Shown here in pieces: positions 1 to 10,078 of a stretch of 64,000 bases of DNA. The first letter of the stretch is position 1, and every line of letters begins with the position of its first letter. Position numbers and translations under genes: made by a program. The notes under the pieces are model-generated. The model saw nothing but the letters and a program-made list of their open reading frames with translations, did no database searches and was not told where the DNA came from. This stretch comes from an uncultured Chloroflexia bacterium (lineage in GTDB: Bacteria > Chloroflexota > Limnocylindria > Limnocylindrales > CSP1-4), in assembly GCA_963827965.1 (NCBI GenBank), contig CAWHCW010000019.1, forward strand, positions 4,559 through 68,558, read 5' to 3'.

Positions 1-481
1 TGGCCGTGGCGTCGCCCTCCAGCGAGGGATTCGTGGCGAGGATCACCTCGGCGATCGGCTCGCCCGCCTGCTCGGCGGTGATGACCCGCGCCAGGAGCTC
101 CCGGATCCGCAGGCGCTCGGGACCGATGCCGTCCATCGGGCTGATCGCCCCGTGCAGGACGTGGTAGCGCCCGCGCCACTCCCCGGTGCGCTCGACCGCG
201 AGCACGTCGAGGGGCTCCTCGACGACGCACAGCCGGGTGGCGTCGCGTCCGGGGTCGCGGCAGATCGGGCAGGCGGGGGAATCGCTGAAGTTGAAGCAGT
301 CGTCGCAGAGGACGACCTCCTCGCGCACGGCGACCAGGGCGGCCGCCAGCGTCCGGGCCTCGGCGTCGGGGGCCCGCAGCAGGTGGTAGGTCAGGCGCTG
401 GGCCGTCTTCGGCCCGATGCCGGGCAGGCGCGCGAAGGCCTCGATCAGGCGGGCGATGGGCTCGATCAGGGGAGTCGACAT
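1..481 (-). CDS. recR: Recombination mediator RecR (3' end outside the window)
   Basis: Manual translation from ATG at 481: MSTPLIEPIARLIEAFARLPGIGPKTAQRLTYHLL...CDDCFNFSDSPACPICRD (Zn finger)...YHVLHGAISPMDGIGP. Follows dnaX-ybaB. Confidence 0.95.
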   Translation of the reverse strand, partial: MSTPLIEPIARLIEAFARLPGIGPKTAQRLTYHLLRAPDAEARTLAAALVAVREEVVLCDDCFNFSDSPACPICRDPGRDATRLCVVEEPLDVLAVERTGEWRGRYHVLHGAISPMDGIGPERLRIRELLARVITAEQAGEPIAEVILATNPSLEGDATA

Positions 482-506
482 GCGACGGATCCGGGGGGCG
501 TTTCGC

Positions 507-812
507 CTACATCCCCGGCAGGCGGAGACCACCGGTGATGGCAGCCATCTTCGACTTCTCGAGGTCCCGGGAAGCACGGACTGCGTCGTTCACCGCGGCG
601 ACCACGAGATCCTGGAGCATCTCGACATCGGCCGGATCGACCGCGTCGGGGTCGAGATGGAGCTCCACGAGCTCCTGCTTGCCGCTGACCACGGCGCGCA
701 CGACGCCGCCGCCGGCCGATCCCTCGAGCCGTGCCGCGTGCAGCTCTTCCTCGACGCGCGCCATGTCACGCTGCATCTGGGCGGCCATCTTCTGCAGGTT
801 GCCAAAGCTCAT
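507..812 (-). CDS. ybaB: YbaB/EbfC nucleoid-associated protein
   Basis: EGSAGGGVVRAVVSGKQEL...VEMLQDLVVAAVNDA motif; lies between dnaX and recR. Confidence 0.93.
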   Translation of the reverse strand: MSFGNLQKMAAQMQRDMARVEEELHAARLEGSAGGGVVRAVVSGKQELVELHLDPDAVDPADVEMLQDLVVAAVNDAVRASRDLEKSKMAAITGGLRLPGM

Positions 813-911
813 CGGGGTCGTCGCCTCCTCGCCCCCCGGGCGTTCGCCCGGGGAGATCGTCTCATCGCGCCCAGTCTGGAACATCCGCGGCCGGCCCGCT
901 GTGCGGCTCGA

Positions 912-2586
912 TCAGCGGACCTCGGGGATCTCGACCAGCTCATCGCCCCAGACATCGCGGGCGGCCCGCAGCACGGCCGCGCTCTCGGGATCGGGGGCCA
1001 CCGGCGACTCGAGCTCGAGGTTCGTGGCCACGCAGCGCACCGAGACCGGACGCCCGAGGACGCGGCCGACGCCGTCCTCGAGGGTGGCCCGGCGCCGGTC
1101 GGCGACGTCGCGGAGGAAGAGCTGGCTCTCGGGAAAGCCGAGGGTGACGATCGCCCCGTCGACGGCGATCGGGCGGCACGCCTCGATGAGCGGCCTGGTC
1201 GGCGGGTGGCGGCTGATGAGGGTCACGATCTCCGGCCAGCGGCGCCGCAGCTCCGCGAGCGCGTCGTCCGCGCCGGGACCCGGGCCCGGCCCGGCTGTCG
1301 CGGGGTCCGCTGCGGGCTCCCCTGCTCCCGGCTGGCGGGCGCGGCGGGCGGGGCGGGCGGGCTGCCGCGGCGGGCGGAGCGGCGGGAGCGCGTCGCGTGG
1401 CGGGCGAACGCGGCGGCGGGCCCGGGACGGCGGCCGGCGATGCCGGCTCGGCGGCGATCGGCAGCGCAGGCGTCGGTGGCGGCGGTGCCACGAGCGCCGC
1501 GATGGGCCCCAGCGCAGATGCCGCTCCACCGCCGGCCCCGAACGGGTCGAAGAGCGCCAGCTCGAGGGCCAGGCGCAGGCCCCCGGGCCCCGGCCGGGCC
1601 GGATCGATGGCCGCCAGGCGGCGGGCGCCCGCTGCCAGCGGGCCCACCCCGAGGGCCGCCAGGGGATCGGCGGCGGGGTGCCCGGACAGGGCCAGGTGGA
1701 GCGCGGCCCGCAGGGCCTCGACGACCTGGTCGGCGAAGCTGCGCAGGTCGCGGCCACGCTCCTCGAGGGCGTCGAGGACGGCGATCCCGGCGGCCGGGTC
1801 GGCGACGACGAGGGCGCGACCGTAGCCGCGCACGGTCTCCTCGTCGGCGAGGCCGAGCAGGTCCCGCACCGCGTCGGCGGTCAGGTCGTCGCCGCCCGCG
1901 GAGAGGAGCTGGTCGAGGATCGACTCCGCGTCGCGCATGCCGCCGCCCGCCAGGCGCGCGACAAGGGCGACGGCCGCGGGCTCGGCGACGCGATCATCCG
2001 CGGCGAGGATGCGGACCAGCTTGCCTTCGATCAGGGGGATCGGGAGGGGCCGGAAGTCGAAGCGCTGGACCCGCGAGAGCACGGCCGGCCGGATCTGGCT
2101 GCTGTCGGTCGTGCAGAAGATGAAGAGGACGTGGGGCGGGGGCTCCTCGAGGGTCTTGAGGAGGACGTCCCAGCCCTGGGTGATCCGCTGCACCTCGTCG
2201 ACGATGAAGACCTTCGTCGGGAGGTCGGCGGGCGCCGTGTAGATCCGCGGCAGGAGCTCGCGGATGTCGTCGACCCGGTTGTTCGAGGCCGCGTCGAGCT
2301 CCACCACGTCGAGGGCCCGTCCCTCGCGGATCGCGTCGCAGGAGGGGCAGGCGTCGCACGGCTCACCGTCCGCGACGTTGGGGCAGTTGACGGCCTTGGC
2401 GACGATGCGGGCGAGTGAGGTCTTGCCCGTGCCCCGGGGCCCGACGAAGAGGTAGGCGTGGGCCGAGCGGCCGACCCTGATCGCGTTGCGCAGCGTCGTG
2501 ACGACCGCGTCCTGGCCCACGACCTCGTCGAAGCGCTGCGAGCGCCAGCGGCGGTAGAGCGCCTGGTGCGACGGGGTCGAGCTCAC
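912..2586 (-). CDS. dnaX: DNA polymerase III subunit gamma/tau (frameshift in the Pro/Ala linker, ~1320-1440)
   Basis: ALYRRWRSQRFDEVVGQ, GPRGTGKTS, CDACPSC, ELDAASN and SRVQRFDF in ORF 940..2643. The C-terminal domain is in ORF 912..1757. GTG start with an upstream GAGGAG. Confidence 0.93.
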
Positions 2587-2616
2587 GAGGCTCCTCTGGG
2601 GCGCGATGAGGTGAAG

Positions 2617-2883
2617 TGCCGTGCACCCACCGTCGATCGGCACGTCCCCGCGCCCTCCGGGATGGACGACTCAGACCAGGCCGTGCCGCGGCACCCGGCG
2701 AACCTCGCTTAGCGCTGCTTCCTTCCGGACCTGACGCGGTTCGCGTGTCGCCGCTGCGCGGGACCCGGTCCTCGGCGCCGTCCAGGCCGGCAGCATTCGA
2801 AGACGGTGACCTCGGGTGGGAATTCAGCCCTGCTGGAGCGGATTGCAGGTACAGGGCACCGCTAGTTCCCCGCCTAGCACGGC
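2617..2883 (-). ncRNA. ffs: Signal recognition particle RNA, large (Alu-domain, Bacillus scRNA-type)
   Basis: Minus strand begins GCCGTGCTAGGCGGGGAACTAGCGGTGCCCTGTACCTGCAATCCGCT, contains helix-8 TCAGGTCCGGAAGGAAGCAGC and ends GTGCACGGC, pairing with the 5' end. Upstream TGcTATCAT extended -10. Confidence 0.95.
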
Positions 2884-2914
2884 AGGGAGATGATAGCAGG
2901 GGTCCCCTTGAAGG

Positions 2915-3002
2915 TGGCGGAGAGGGAGGGATTCGAACCCTCGATGGGTTGCCCCATACCGCATTTCCAGTGCGGCGCCCTAGGCCTCTAGGCGACCTCT
3001 CC
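2915..3002 (-). tRNA. tRNA-Ser(GGA)
   Basis: Anticodon arm CCGCA-CTGGAAA-TGCGG, long variable arm, GTTCGAATC T-loop, encoded CCA. Confidence 0.96.
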
Positions 3003-3062
3003 GCGGGCGATGCGCCGCGGCCCGGCCGGTGCGCGACCTGGACCGTCGGGTCGGGATGGGAG

Positions 3063-3148
<86 letters not shown>

Positions 3149-3312
3149 GCCGCGGAGGATAGCAAAGCAGCGCGGACGGCGGCGGGGAGGCCCCCCGGCG
3201 GGGAGGCGCGCGGCGAGGCGCGCGGCGGGCGACGGCTACGGCGGCGAAGGCGCGCGACGCCGAAGGCGCGGCGGCGATGGCGCGCCCAGCCCGGACTGTA
3301 CGATGCACCGCC

Positions 3313-4089
3313 ATGGACTCGCCGCCACCCGAGAGCAGCCCGCCCGCGCCCGTGCCCCCGGTGGAGCTCGAGCCGGCACCGGTCGCACCGGCCGCACCGG
3401 CCGCACCGTCCCGCCGGATCTCCGACACGACGTTCACGACGTTTGTCGCGGTGGTCGTCACCGTCGTGTCCGTCCTCATCGCGGTGGGCGCCTGGCGCAC
3501 CACGGACGCCGCGAACCGGGCCTCCGATCTCGACAGCCTGGTCATCCAGCAGCTGGCCCGCCGGCAACAGGAGATGGAGGACCTCAACGGGCAGGTCGAC
3601 CTCGACCTGCGCCTGCTGGCCCGCTACCAGGCCTACACCCTTGCCGCAGCCACGCTCGACAAGGCAGCGACCGCAGCCGGCGAGCCGGGCACGATCGACC
3701 GCCAGATCCTCGAGGTGGAGGCGCAGGGCCAGCGCGCCCTCGCCCGCGTGCTGCACCAGTTCTTCCGGGGCGCCCTCCCGGCGGTCGACGCCGAGGGCGT
3801 CGCCGAGTACGACCCCGAGAGGGTGCTCCGCAACCTCGTCGCCGGGTCGACCCGGCTCGCGGACCTGCGGCCGGAGGTGACCCAGGGACGCGCCGACCTG
3901 GCCCACCGGCAGACGGCCGCGTTCGTCCTCCTCGTCATCCTCTTCGCGGCCTGCCTGGTCATGCTGACCCTGGCGCAGGTGGTGCACGGCCGGTCCAGGG
4001 TCCCGCTCGCGGCGGCCGGCACGCTCGTCGCGCTCGGCGGGCTGGTGCTCCTGGTCCTGGTCGAAGCCGCCCTGTTCACGGGCGCCTGA
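3313..4089 (+). CDS. Hypothetical membrane protein (TM, helical loop, two TMs; DUF4337-like layout)
   Basis: ATG at 3313 within ORF 3277..4089; hydrophobic segments at both ends. Confidence 0.7.
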   Translation: MDSPPPESSPPAPVPPVELEPAPVAPAAPAAPSRRISDTTFTTFVAVVVTVVSVLIAVGAWRTTDAANRASDLDSLVIQQLARRQQEMEDLNGQVDLDLRLLARYQAYTLAAATLDKAATAAGEPGTIDRQILEVEAQGQRALARVLHQFFRGALPAVDAEGVAEYDPERVLRNLVAGSTRLADLRPEVTQGRADLAHRQTAAFVLLVILFAACLVMLTLAQVVHGRSRVPLAAAGTLVALGGLVLLVLVEAALFTGA

Positions 4090-4091
4090 CC

Positions 4092-6260
4092 ATGTCGCTG
4101 CCCGAGTTCGACCTGCCCTCCTCCGACGAGCTGGTCAATTCGTTCGCGCGACGGATCGCCGTGGCCATCGCGGTGGCGACGTTCCTGGCCGCCATCGTCG
4201 GGTTCCTGCAGCACCAGGCCTCGGCCGAGAACGGGGCCGCCTCGCTGCGCGCCCAGCGGTACGCGATCGAGGCGACCGGGGCCCTGGTCCTGACCCAGGA
4301 GCGCGCGCGGGTCGGCGTCGACGCCTGGGCGACATCGCTGGAGCAGCGCGTCCAGGCTGCCAACCTCTCCCAGGAGCTCCTGTACGCCCCGGAATCCGAG
4401 ACGGCGCGCCTCGAGGCACGGCGCCAGCAGTGGATCAGCCTGGCCGACCGCACCGAGCAGCTCAGCGGGATCACCCGCGATTCGCCCGATGGCCCGGACC
4501 TGGATCCGACGTTTCCGTCGCGGCTCCTCGTCAGCAGCAGTCGCGAGGCGATCCGGCTGGAAGCCCTCCAGGACGCCGCCAACGAGGTCGGTGGGCTCTG
4601 GTCGAACCAGGCGACGGTCTACACGGCTGTGCTCGCGATTCTCGCGGTCGCCCTCTACCTCCTCGGGTTCTCGCTGACGATCGGCGTTCGCCGAGCCAAG
4701 CGCCTCTTCGCGGTCTCGGGCGTGGTCCTCATCGTCGTCGCCGGCGCCTGGACGGGGACGCAGGTCGCGGCCCGCCCGCACGCGCCGGCGGACGATGCGG
4801 CCGACGCGTACGCGGAGGGGATGGTCGCCCTCGGGACCGCCTTCGACCGGTCCGGCCTGGAGGCCGCCGAGCGCGAGCTGACGCGCGCGATCGAGCTGCG
4901 CCCGACGTTCGCGCGAGCGTACGTGGCTCGCTCCAACGCGCGCTTCCGGCTGGGGTCGCCCCAGCAGGAGGGATTCCTGAGCGTGATCTCCGACGAGGCG
5001 CTGGCGGCGAGCTCCGACGATCTTGCCCGCGCGTATGGGCTGGGGCTCGACGACACCGCGCTCATCGCCGACCTGGGCTTCCAGCGCTTCCTGCAGGGCA
5101 TCCGCGACGACAGCGAGGCGAATCTTCGCGAGAGCATCGACTTCTCCACCCGGGCGATCGCCCGGCAGGACGACAATCCGGTCCCGCGCTTCAACCTGGG
5201 CGTCGCGCTGCTGGCCGCCGGCCGGATCGACGACGCGCGCGCCGCCTACGCCGACGGGATCGCCCGGACCATCTACGTCGACGTGGGGGCGCGGACGCTT
5301 CGCGAGGAGCCGTACACCGAGATGACGTACGTGGCGGGGGCCCTGACGGACCTGGGCATCCTCGCCGGCAGGCGGACCGATCTGCGGGCCGTGGTGGAGG
5401 ACCTGCGCTCCACGATCGTGGGCTCGGTGGCCCGGGGAGCCGCTGGCGCCGCGGGGACGACGGGCGGATCGGCCACCGTGGGCCGCCTGGCGGCGGACGT
5501 CTTCCCGTCCCTGGTCCAGTGGCGCGGCGACGTTGCCGGCCTCGACGACGCGACGGACACGCTGTCCGTCGTCTGGTCGCGGAAGGACCCGGGCGGAACC
5601 GACTGGGCCGTGCTCCCGGAAGTCTCCTCGCTGGATGTCGCGCCGACGGAGAACGTCGACCCGTCCGTCGGGACGCACTTCGGGCTGGCCCGCTACATCG
5701 GCACCACCGTTCCACCGCGCTGCCTCCCCGATGGCACCTACCGGGTCGAGCTCTTCGTGGACGGCCGGCCGGTGGGCACTGCCGAGGCGACGGCGAGCTC
5801 CGGCTCGTTCGAGGCGTTCGCGGCCCGCGACCTCGGGGCGGCGCTCTGCCGACCGGCCGACTGGACGCCCGACCCGGGGCGCGAGCTGGGAACGGCGGCG
5901 GGCTACGTGGGGCCGGCGGGCGACCGGGGGGTGGGGCTCGTCCACCTCCAGGCTCCCACCCTGCCGATCGACGAGGGCGAGATGATCGTCCTGATGATCG
6001 ACGCGGCGATCGATGGGCTGAAGCCGTCGCTTCCCTCCGCCGCGACATACGACGAGGCGTCGGGGACCGACGAGAGCTACTTCATGGGTCTCTCCGCGAG
6101 GCGCTGGCGCTGGTACGACTACGAGGGCGGCTACGTCCGGATCGGGGCCGGCCTCGACCCCGACGGCGGCATCTACATCGGCTTCGCGTACGGACCCGTC
6201 GCCTGGTTCGACGGCGCGGAGTGGAAGCGCATCGTGGAGTCGTTCGAGACGTTCAACTGA
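4092..6260 (+). CDS. Membrane protein with a DUF4337-like N-terminus, TPR repeats and a C-terminal soluble region
   Basis: ATG 2 nt after the previous stop. Three TM segments, then TPR-like AERELTRAIELRPTFARAYVARSNARFRLG and PRFNLGVALLAAGRIDDARAAYADGI. Confidence 0.75.
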   Translation: MSLPEFDLPSSDELVNSFARRIAVAIAVATFLAAIVGFLQHQASAENGAASLRAQRYAIEATGALVLTQERARVGVDAWATSLEQRVQAANLSQELLYAPESETARLEARRQQWISLADRTEQLSGITRDSPDGPDLDPTFPSRLLVSSSREAIRLEALQDAANEVGGLWSNQATVYTAVLAILAVALYLLGFSLTIGVRRAKRLFAVSGVVLIVVAGAWTGTQVAARPHAPADDAADAYAEGMVALGTAFDRSGLEAAERELTRAIELRPTFARAYVARSNARFRLGSPQQEGFLSVISDEALAASSDDLARAYGLGLDDTALIADLGFQRFLQGIRDDSEANLRESIDFSTRAIARQDDNPVPRFNLGVALLAAGRIDDARAAYADGIARTIYVDVGARTLREEPYTEMTYVAGALTDLGILAGRRTDLRAVVEDLRSTIVGSVARGAAGAAGTTGGSATVGRLAADVFPSLVQWRGDVAGLDDATDTLSVVWSRKDPGGTDWAVLPEVSSLDVAPTENVDPSVGTHFGLARYIGTTVPPRCLPDGTYRVELFVDGRPVGTAEATASSGSFEAFAARDLGAALCRPADWTPDPGRELGTAAGYVGPAGDRGVGLVHLQAPTLPIDEGEMIVLMIDAAIDGLKPSLPSAATYDEASGTDESYFMGLSARRWRWYDYEGGYVRIGAGLDPDGGIYIGFAYGPVAWFDGAEWKRIVESFETFN

Positions 6261-6285
6261 CGGCCGCCGGCCCGAGGGGCGGAGG

Positions 6286-6368
6286 CGTGGACGCGGCCGA
6301 CGAGAACCGGGGGCGCGGGCGCGGCCGGCGAGAGCCGGGGCGTGGACGCGGCCGGCGAGAGCCGGGGC
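6286..6368. repeat. About three imperfect 27-28 bp tandem repeats (CGTGGACGCGGCCGGCGAGAGCCGGGG) between convergent genes
   Basis: Units read directly from the sequence: cgtggacgcggccgacgagaaccggggg / cgcgggcgcggccggcgagagccgggg / cgtggacgcggccggcgagagccgggg. Confidence 0.6.
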
Positions 6369-6409
6369 GAGGAGGCGGCGCGGGCGGCCGCGGCAGTTCG
6401 GCGGGCGCG

Positions 6410-6856
6410 TCAGGCCGGGCGAGCGGCCGCCAGGTCGAGGAGCTCGGCGGCGTCGGAGCGGAGGATCCCGCTGATGAGGTCGACCCGGCGCGGGAGAGCA
6501 GGATTGTTCGCCAGCTGGACCACGGATCCGGCCGCTCCCGAGACGGGGTCCGGCAGGGCGTAGACCAGGCAGTCCGCGTCGGCCTCGAGCAGCGCCCCGA
6601 CACACATCGCGCACGGCTCCACCGTGGAGAAGACGGTGACCCCCGCGAGCGAGGTGGTGCCCAGGCGCTTGGCCGCTTCGCGCAGCGTGACCACCACGGC
6701 GTGCGCCGTCGGGTCGTTGAGCGACGCGACCTCCTCGTGACCGCTCGCGACCAGCGCCTCGCCGAGGACCGCCGCCGCGCCGTGGGGGCGCTCGCCCCGC
6801 TCCAGCGCGGCACGGGCCTCCCCGATGGCGGCGCCCATGAACAGCTCGTAGTGCAT
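6410..6856 (-). CDS. tadA: TadA-like nucleoside deaminase with the catalytic Glu replaced (HAE to HAV)
   Basis: DPTAHAVVVTLR, TVEPCAMCVGAL and DPVSGAAGS; lies upstream of tRNA-Ser/ffs/dnaX, the usual tadA neighbourhood in Firmicutes. Confidence 0.8.
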   Translation of the reverse strand: MHYELFMGAAIGEARAALERGERPHGAAAVLGEALVASGHEEVASLNDPTAHAVVVTLREAAKRLGTTSLAGVTVFSTVEPCAMCVGALLEADADCLVYALPDPVSGAAGSVVQLANNPALPRRVDLISGILRSDAAELLDLAAARPA

Positions 6857-6895
6857 GCGTTGATGGTACCGCCGCGGCCAAGGCGCGGGCGGCGC

Positions 6896-7780
6896 CTATC
6901 CCTCCAGGCCCGAGAGCGACCGGATCGCCCGCGCCAGGGCCGACATGTCGTCGTCGGCGTGGCCGCCCGCGACGAGACCCGCCTCGAGCTGCGCCGCCAG
7001 CGCGGCCACGGGGAGGACGGAACCCGTCTCGCGGGCCATCGCCAGGGCGATCCCCAGGTCCTTGAGGTGGAGCGCCACCCGGAACCCGAGCGGGTAGTCG
7101 TTGGCGAGCATGCGGCCGCTCCGGTTCGCCAGGACCCAGCTCTGCGCGGCGCCGGTCGAGAGGGCCGTCACGACCTGCGCGGGGTCGAGGCCCGCCTTGA
7201 TGGCCAGCACGAGGCCCTCGGCCACGCTCGAGGTACGTCCCGGCCAGGATCACCTGGTTGACGGCCTTGGCGGCCTGGCCGGCACCCACCGGGCCGAAGT
7301 GGGTGATCGTCGCCCCGATCGCCGCGAGGACGGGGCGGGCGCGCTCGACGTCGGCCGGCTCGCCGCCGACCAGGATCGCCAGCGTCGCGTTGCGCGCCCC
7401 CTCGCTGCCGCCGGTCACCGGCGCATCGACGAAGCCGATTCGCTGCTCGGCGAGGCGCGCCGCGAAGCCGCGGCTGGCCGCCGGGTCGATCGTGGAGCAG
7501 TCGATGACCAGCGTCCCGGCCGCTGGCGCCCGCGGCCACGCCGTCGGCGGCGAAGAGGACGGCCTCGACGTCGGGCGTGTCGGAGACGCAGACCAGGACG
7601 ACGTCGACGCTCGGCGGCCAGCGCCGCCGGGCTGGCGGCGAGCGCGACGCCCAGCTCGTCCAGCTCCCGCGTCCGCCCGGCCGTCCGATTCCAGGCCGTC
7701 AGCGGGAAGCCGGCCCGGGCGAGGTTGGCGGCCATCGCGCCGCCCATGGTGCCGAGCCCGACGACGCCGATCCGCTCCAT
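6896..7780 (-). CDS. NAD(P)-dependent oxidoreductase, 3-hydroxyisobutyrate dehydrogenase/GlxR family (frameshifted)
   Basis: IGVVGLGTMGGAMAANL, IDCSTI, DAPVTGG, GQAAKAVNQ and FRVALHLKDL, spread over several frames. Confidence 0.88.
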
Positions 7781-7936
7781 CGTCCTCACTCCTTCGCAGC
7801 GACCGCCGCATCGTAGGCGTCGCCGGCGGCGGTCGTCGCGTCGCCGCGCGAGCGACGACGTCCGGTAACCGCTCGACGGATCCGGCCCCGGCGTTCTACC
7901 GTGACGCCTTCGCACCAGCCCTCACGGAGGTCGGCG

Positions 7937-8854
7937 ATGAGCCCGCGCGTCCTGGCGTCCCTCGTCTACTGCGGTGCCGCGTTCGGCGGCGCCTTCCTCT
8001 TCATGCGCCTCGCCGCCCCCGAGCTCCCGGCGCTGGTCGTGGCCTTCGGACGGGTGGCCATCGCCGCCCTCGTCCTCCTCCCCTTCGCCGGCCGCGAGCG
8101 GCTCGTCGCGATGCGCGCCCACTGGCGCGACTACGCCGTGGTGGGGTTCTTCATGGCGGCGGCGCCGTTCGCGCTCTTCGCCTACGCGGAACGCTCCCTC
8201 ACGGCCGGCCTCGGATCGATCATCAACGCCACGACGCCGCTGTGGACGGCGATCATCCTCGCGGCCTGGGTCCGCCAGGCGCCGACCCCGCGGCGGGTCG
8301 CGGCGATCGTCGTGGGCTTCGTCGGCGTGGGGGTCATCGTGGGGCTGGAGGGGCTCCAGCTCGCCCCGGACGCGCTGGTCGGCGTCGTCGCCGCGACGGC
8401 GGGCGCGGCGTCCTACGGCGTCGCGCTCACCTACATCGGGCGGCGCATGGAACCGCAGCCGCCCCTCCAGCTGGCCCTTGGACAGCTGATCGCGGCCGCG
8501 ATCATGCTGGCGCCGCTGGCCCTGCTGTCGGCCGGCGAGGTCGTGCCGAGCGCCGAGAGCGTCGTGGCCATGGGGGGCATCGCCCTCTTCTCGACCGCGA
8601 TCGCCTGGCCGATCCTCTTCGGCCTGAACCGCGACGTCGGGCCGATGGCGACGAGCACGGTCACCTTCCTCAACCCGGTCTTCGGCGCCCTCTGGGGAAC
8701 CCTCTTCCTGGCCGAGACGATCTCCCCGACGTTCGTCGTCGGCGCCCTGCTGGTCTTCGCGTCCCTCGCCCTCATCTTCGGGGTGCGCCTCCCGGCGAGG
8801 TTCTCGGGGGCGCCCGCCGAGGCGGTGGCGGTGCCCGTCGACGCGGGCGACTGA
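7937..8854 (+). CDS. DMT/EamA family transporter
   Basis: About 10 hydrophobic segments; GSIINATTPLWT and TVTFLNPVFGALWG. Confidence 0.88.
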   Translation: MSPRVLASLVYCGAAFGGAFLFMRLAAPELPALVVAFGRVAIAALVLLPFAGRERLVAMRAHWRDYAVVGFFMAAAPFALFAYAERSLTAGLGSIINATTPLWTAIILAAWVRQAPTPRRVAAIVVGFVGVGVIVGLEGLQLAPDALVGVVAATAGAASYGVALTYIGRRMEPQPPLQLALGQLIAAAIMLAPLALLSAGEVVPSAESVVAMGGIALFSTAIAWPILFGLNRDVGPMATSTVTFLNPVFGALWGTLFLAETISPTFVVGALLVFASLALIFGVRLPARFSGAPAEAVAVPVDAGD

Positions 8855-8981
8855 CCACCCCGGCCCTCCGCGCCCAAACGGCACTTCCCGGGGGAAGGCC
8901 ACACCCCAGAATGTTCGGGTGGCGGCAGTGCCGCGCGGCCGGCGACGCCGCGCCACCGAAGACGACGAAGAGGAGGCCACG

Positions 8982-9839
8982 GTGCCCGAGCGCAAGAAGG
9001 TCACCCTGCCCGCGCTGTTCGCGAAGGTGGCGGACGGCACGCCGATCACCTGGCTGACCTGCTACGACTACCCGACCGCCCACCTCCAGGAGCAGGCCGG
9101 CATCGACATGATCCTGGTGGGCGACAGCCTGGGCATGACGATGCTCGGCTTCGACAGCACCCTGCCGGTGACGATGGACGACATGATCCGCCACGCGGCG
9201 GCGGTGCGCCGCGGGGCGCCCACGGCCTGGGTCGTCGGCGACATGCCCTACATGAGCTACCAGCCCTCCGTGGAGTCCGCGATCCGCAACGCCGGGCGCT
9301 TCATGGCCGAGGCCGGCTGCGACGCCGTGAAGCTGGAGGGCGGCGCCGAGATGGCCGACCGGATGGCGGGGATCGCGCGGGCCGGCATCCCGGTCATCGG
9401 CCACCTGGGCCTCACGCCGCAGAGCGTCAGCGCCCTGGGCGGCTTCCGCCTGCAGGGCAAGGGCGCCGCCCAGGCGAAGAAGATCGTGGACGACGCGAAG
9501 GCGCTGGAGGAGGCCGGCGCCTTCTGCATCCTGCTCGAGCTGGTCCCCGACCGGGTCTGCCGGCTCATCACCGAACGGGCGGAGCACTGCATCATCATGA
9601 GCCTGGGCTCGGGCCCGGACGCCCACGGCCAGCTGCTCATCTACCACGACGCGTTCGCCCTCTACCCGAAGTTCACCCCCCGGATGGCGAAGGTCTTCGC
9701 CGACGCCGGGGCCGTGATCCGGGAGGGCCTCGCGGCCTACGTCGACCAGGTGACCGGGCGGACCTTCCCCCAGCCGGAGAACTGGTTCGGGATGAAGGAC
9801 GAGGAGTACGCGGAGCTGCTTCGAATGCTCGAGGGCTGA
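8982..9839 (+). CDS. panB: 3-methyl-2-oxobutanoate hydroxymethyltransferase
   Basis: TCYDY, ILVGDSLGM, DMPYMSY, AVKLEGG, GHLGLTPQS; AGGAGG SD before the GTG start. Confidence 0.93.
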   Translation: MPERKKVTLPALFAKVADGTPITWLTCYDYPTAHLQEQAGIDMILVGDSLGMTMLGFDSTLPVTMDDMIRHAAAVRRGAPTAWVVGDMPYMSYQPSVESAIRNAGRFMAEAGCDAVKLEGGAEMADRMAGIARAGIPVIGHLGLTPQSVSALGGFRLQGKGAAQAKKIVDDAKALEEAGAFCILLELVPDRVCRLITERAEHCIIMSLGSGPDAHGQLLIYHDAFALYPKFTPRMAKVFADAGAVIREGLAAYVDQVTGRTFPQPENWFGMKDEEYAELLRMLEG

Positions 9840-10078
9840 CCGCGACCCTGCTCCGGCCGGCCGGGCGAGGACGGTCGCGACGATCATCGGCGGGCGGGCA
9901 ACGACGCGGAGGCAGCAGGGGCGGGCGCCCGGCGCGATCGGGCTCCTGGGATCGGGGGTCCAACGGCACTTCCCGCGCCCGGTCGGCCCCGGGATGCTCG
10001 GCGCAACAAAGCGCCGGATCGCCTCGAGCCGGCACAGCGTCCCGGCGTGTTCCGACCGGCTCACGACAGGAGACGGCA

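Noticed and set aside
1320-1440. Programmed tau/gamma frameshift in dnaX
   Set aside because: No A-rich slippery site or poly-A run, and similar frame breaks occur in many essential genes here, so an assembly indel is more likely.
6286-6368. Mini CRISPR array
   Set aside because: The repeats are contiguous and imperfect, with no spacers and no cas genes.
3633-7811. Very long Arg/Pro/Gly-rich ORFs (e.g. 3633..7811 -, 42599..46162 +, 56438..59917 +)
   Set aside because: These are shadow frames caused by scarce stop codons at very high GC; they overlap well-supported genes.
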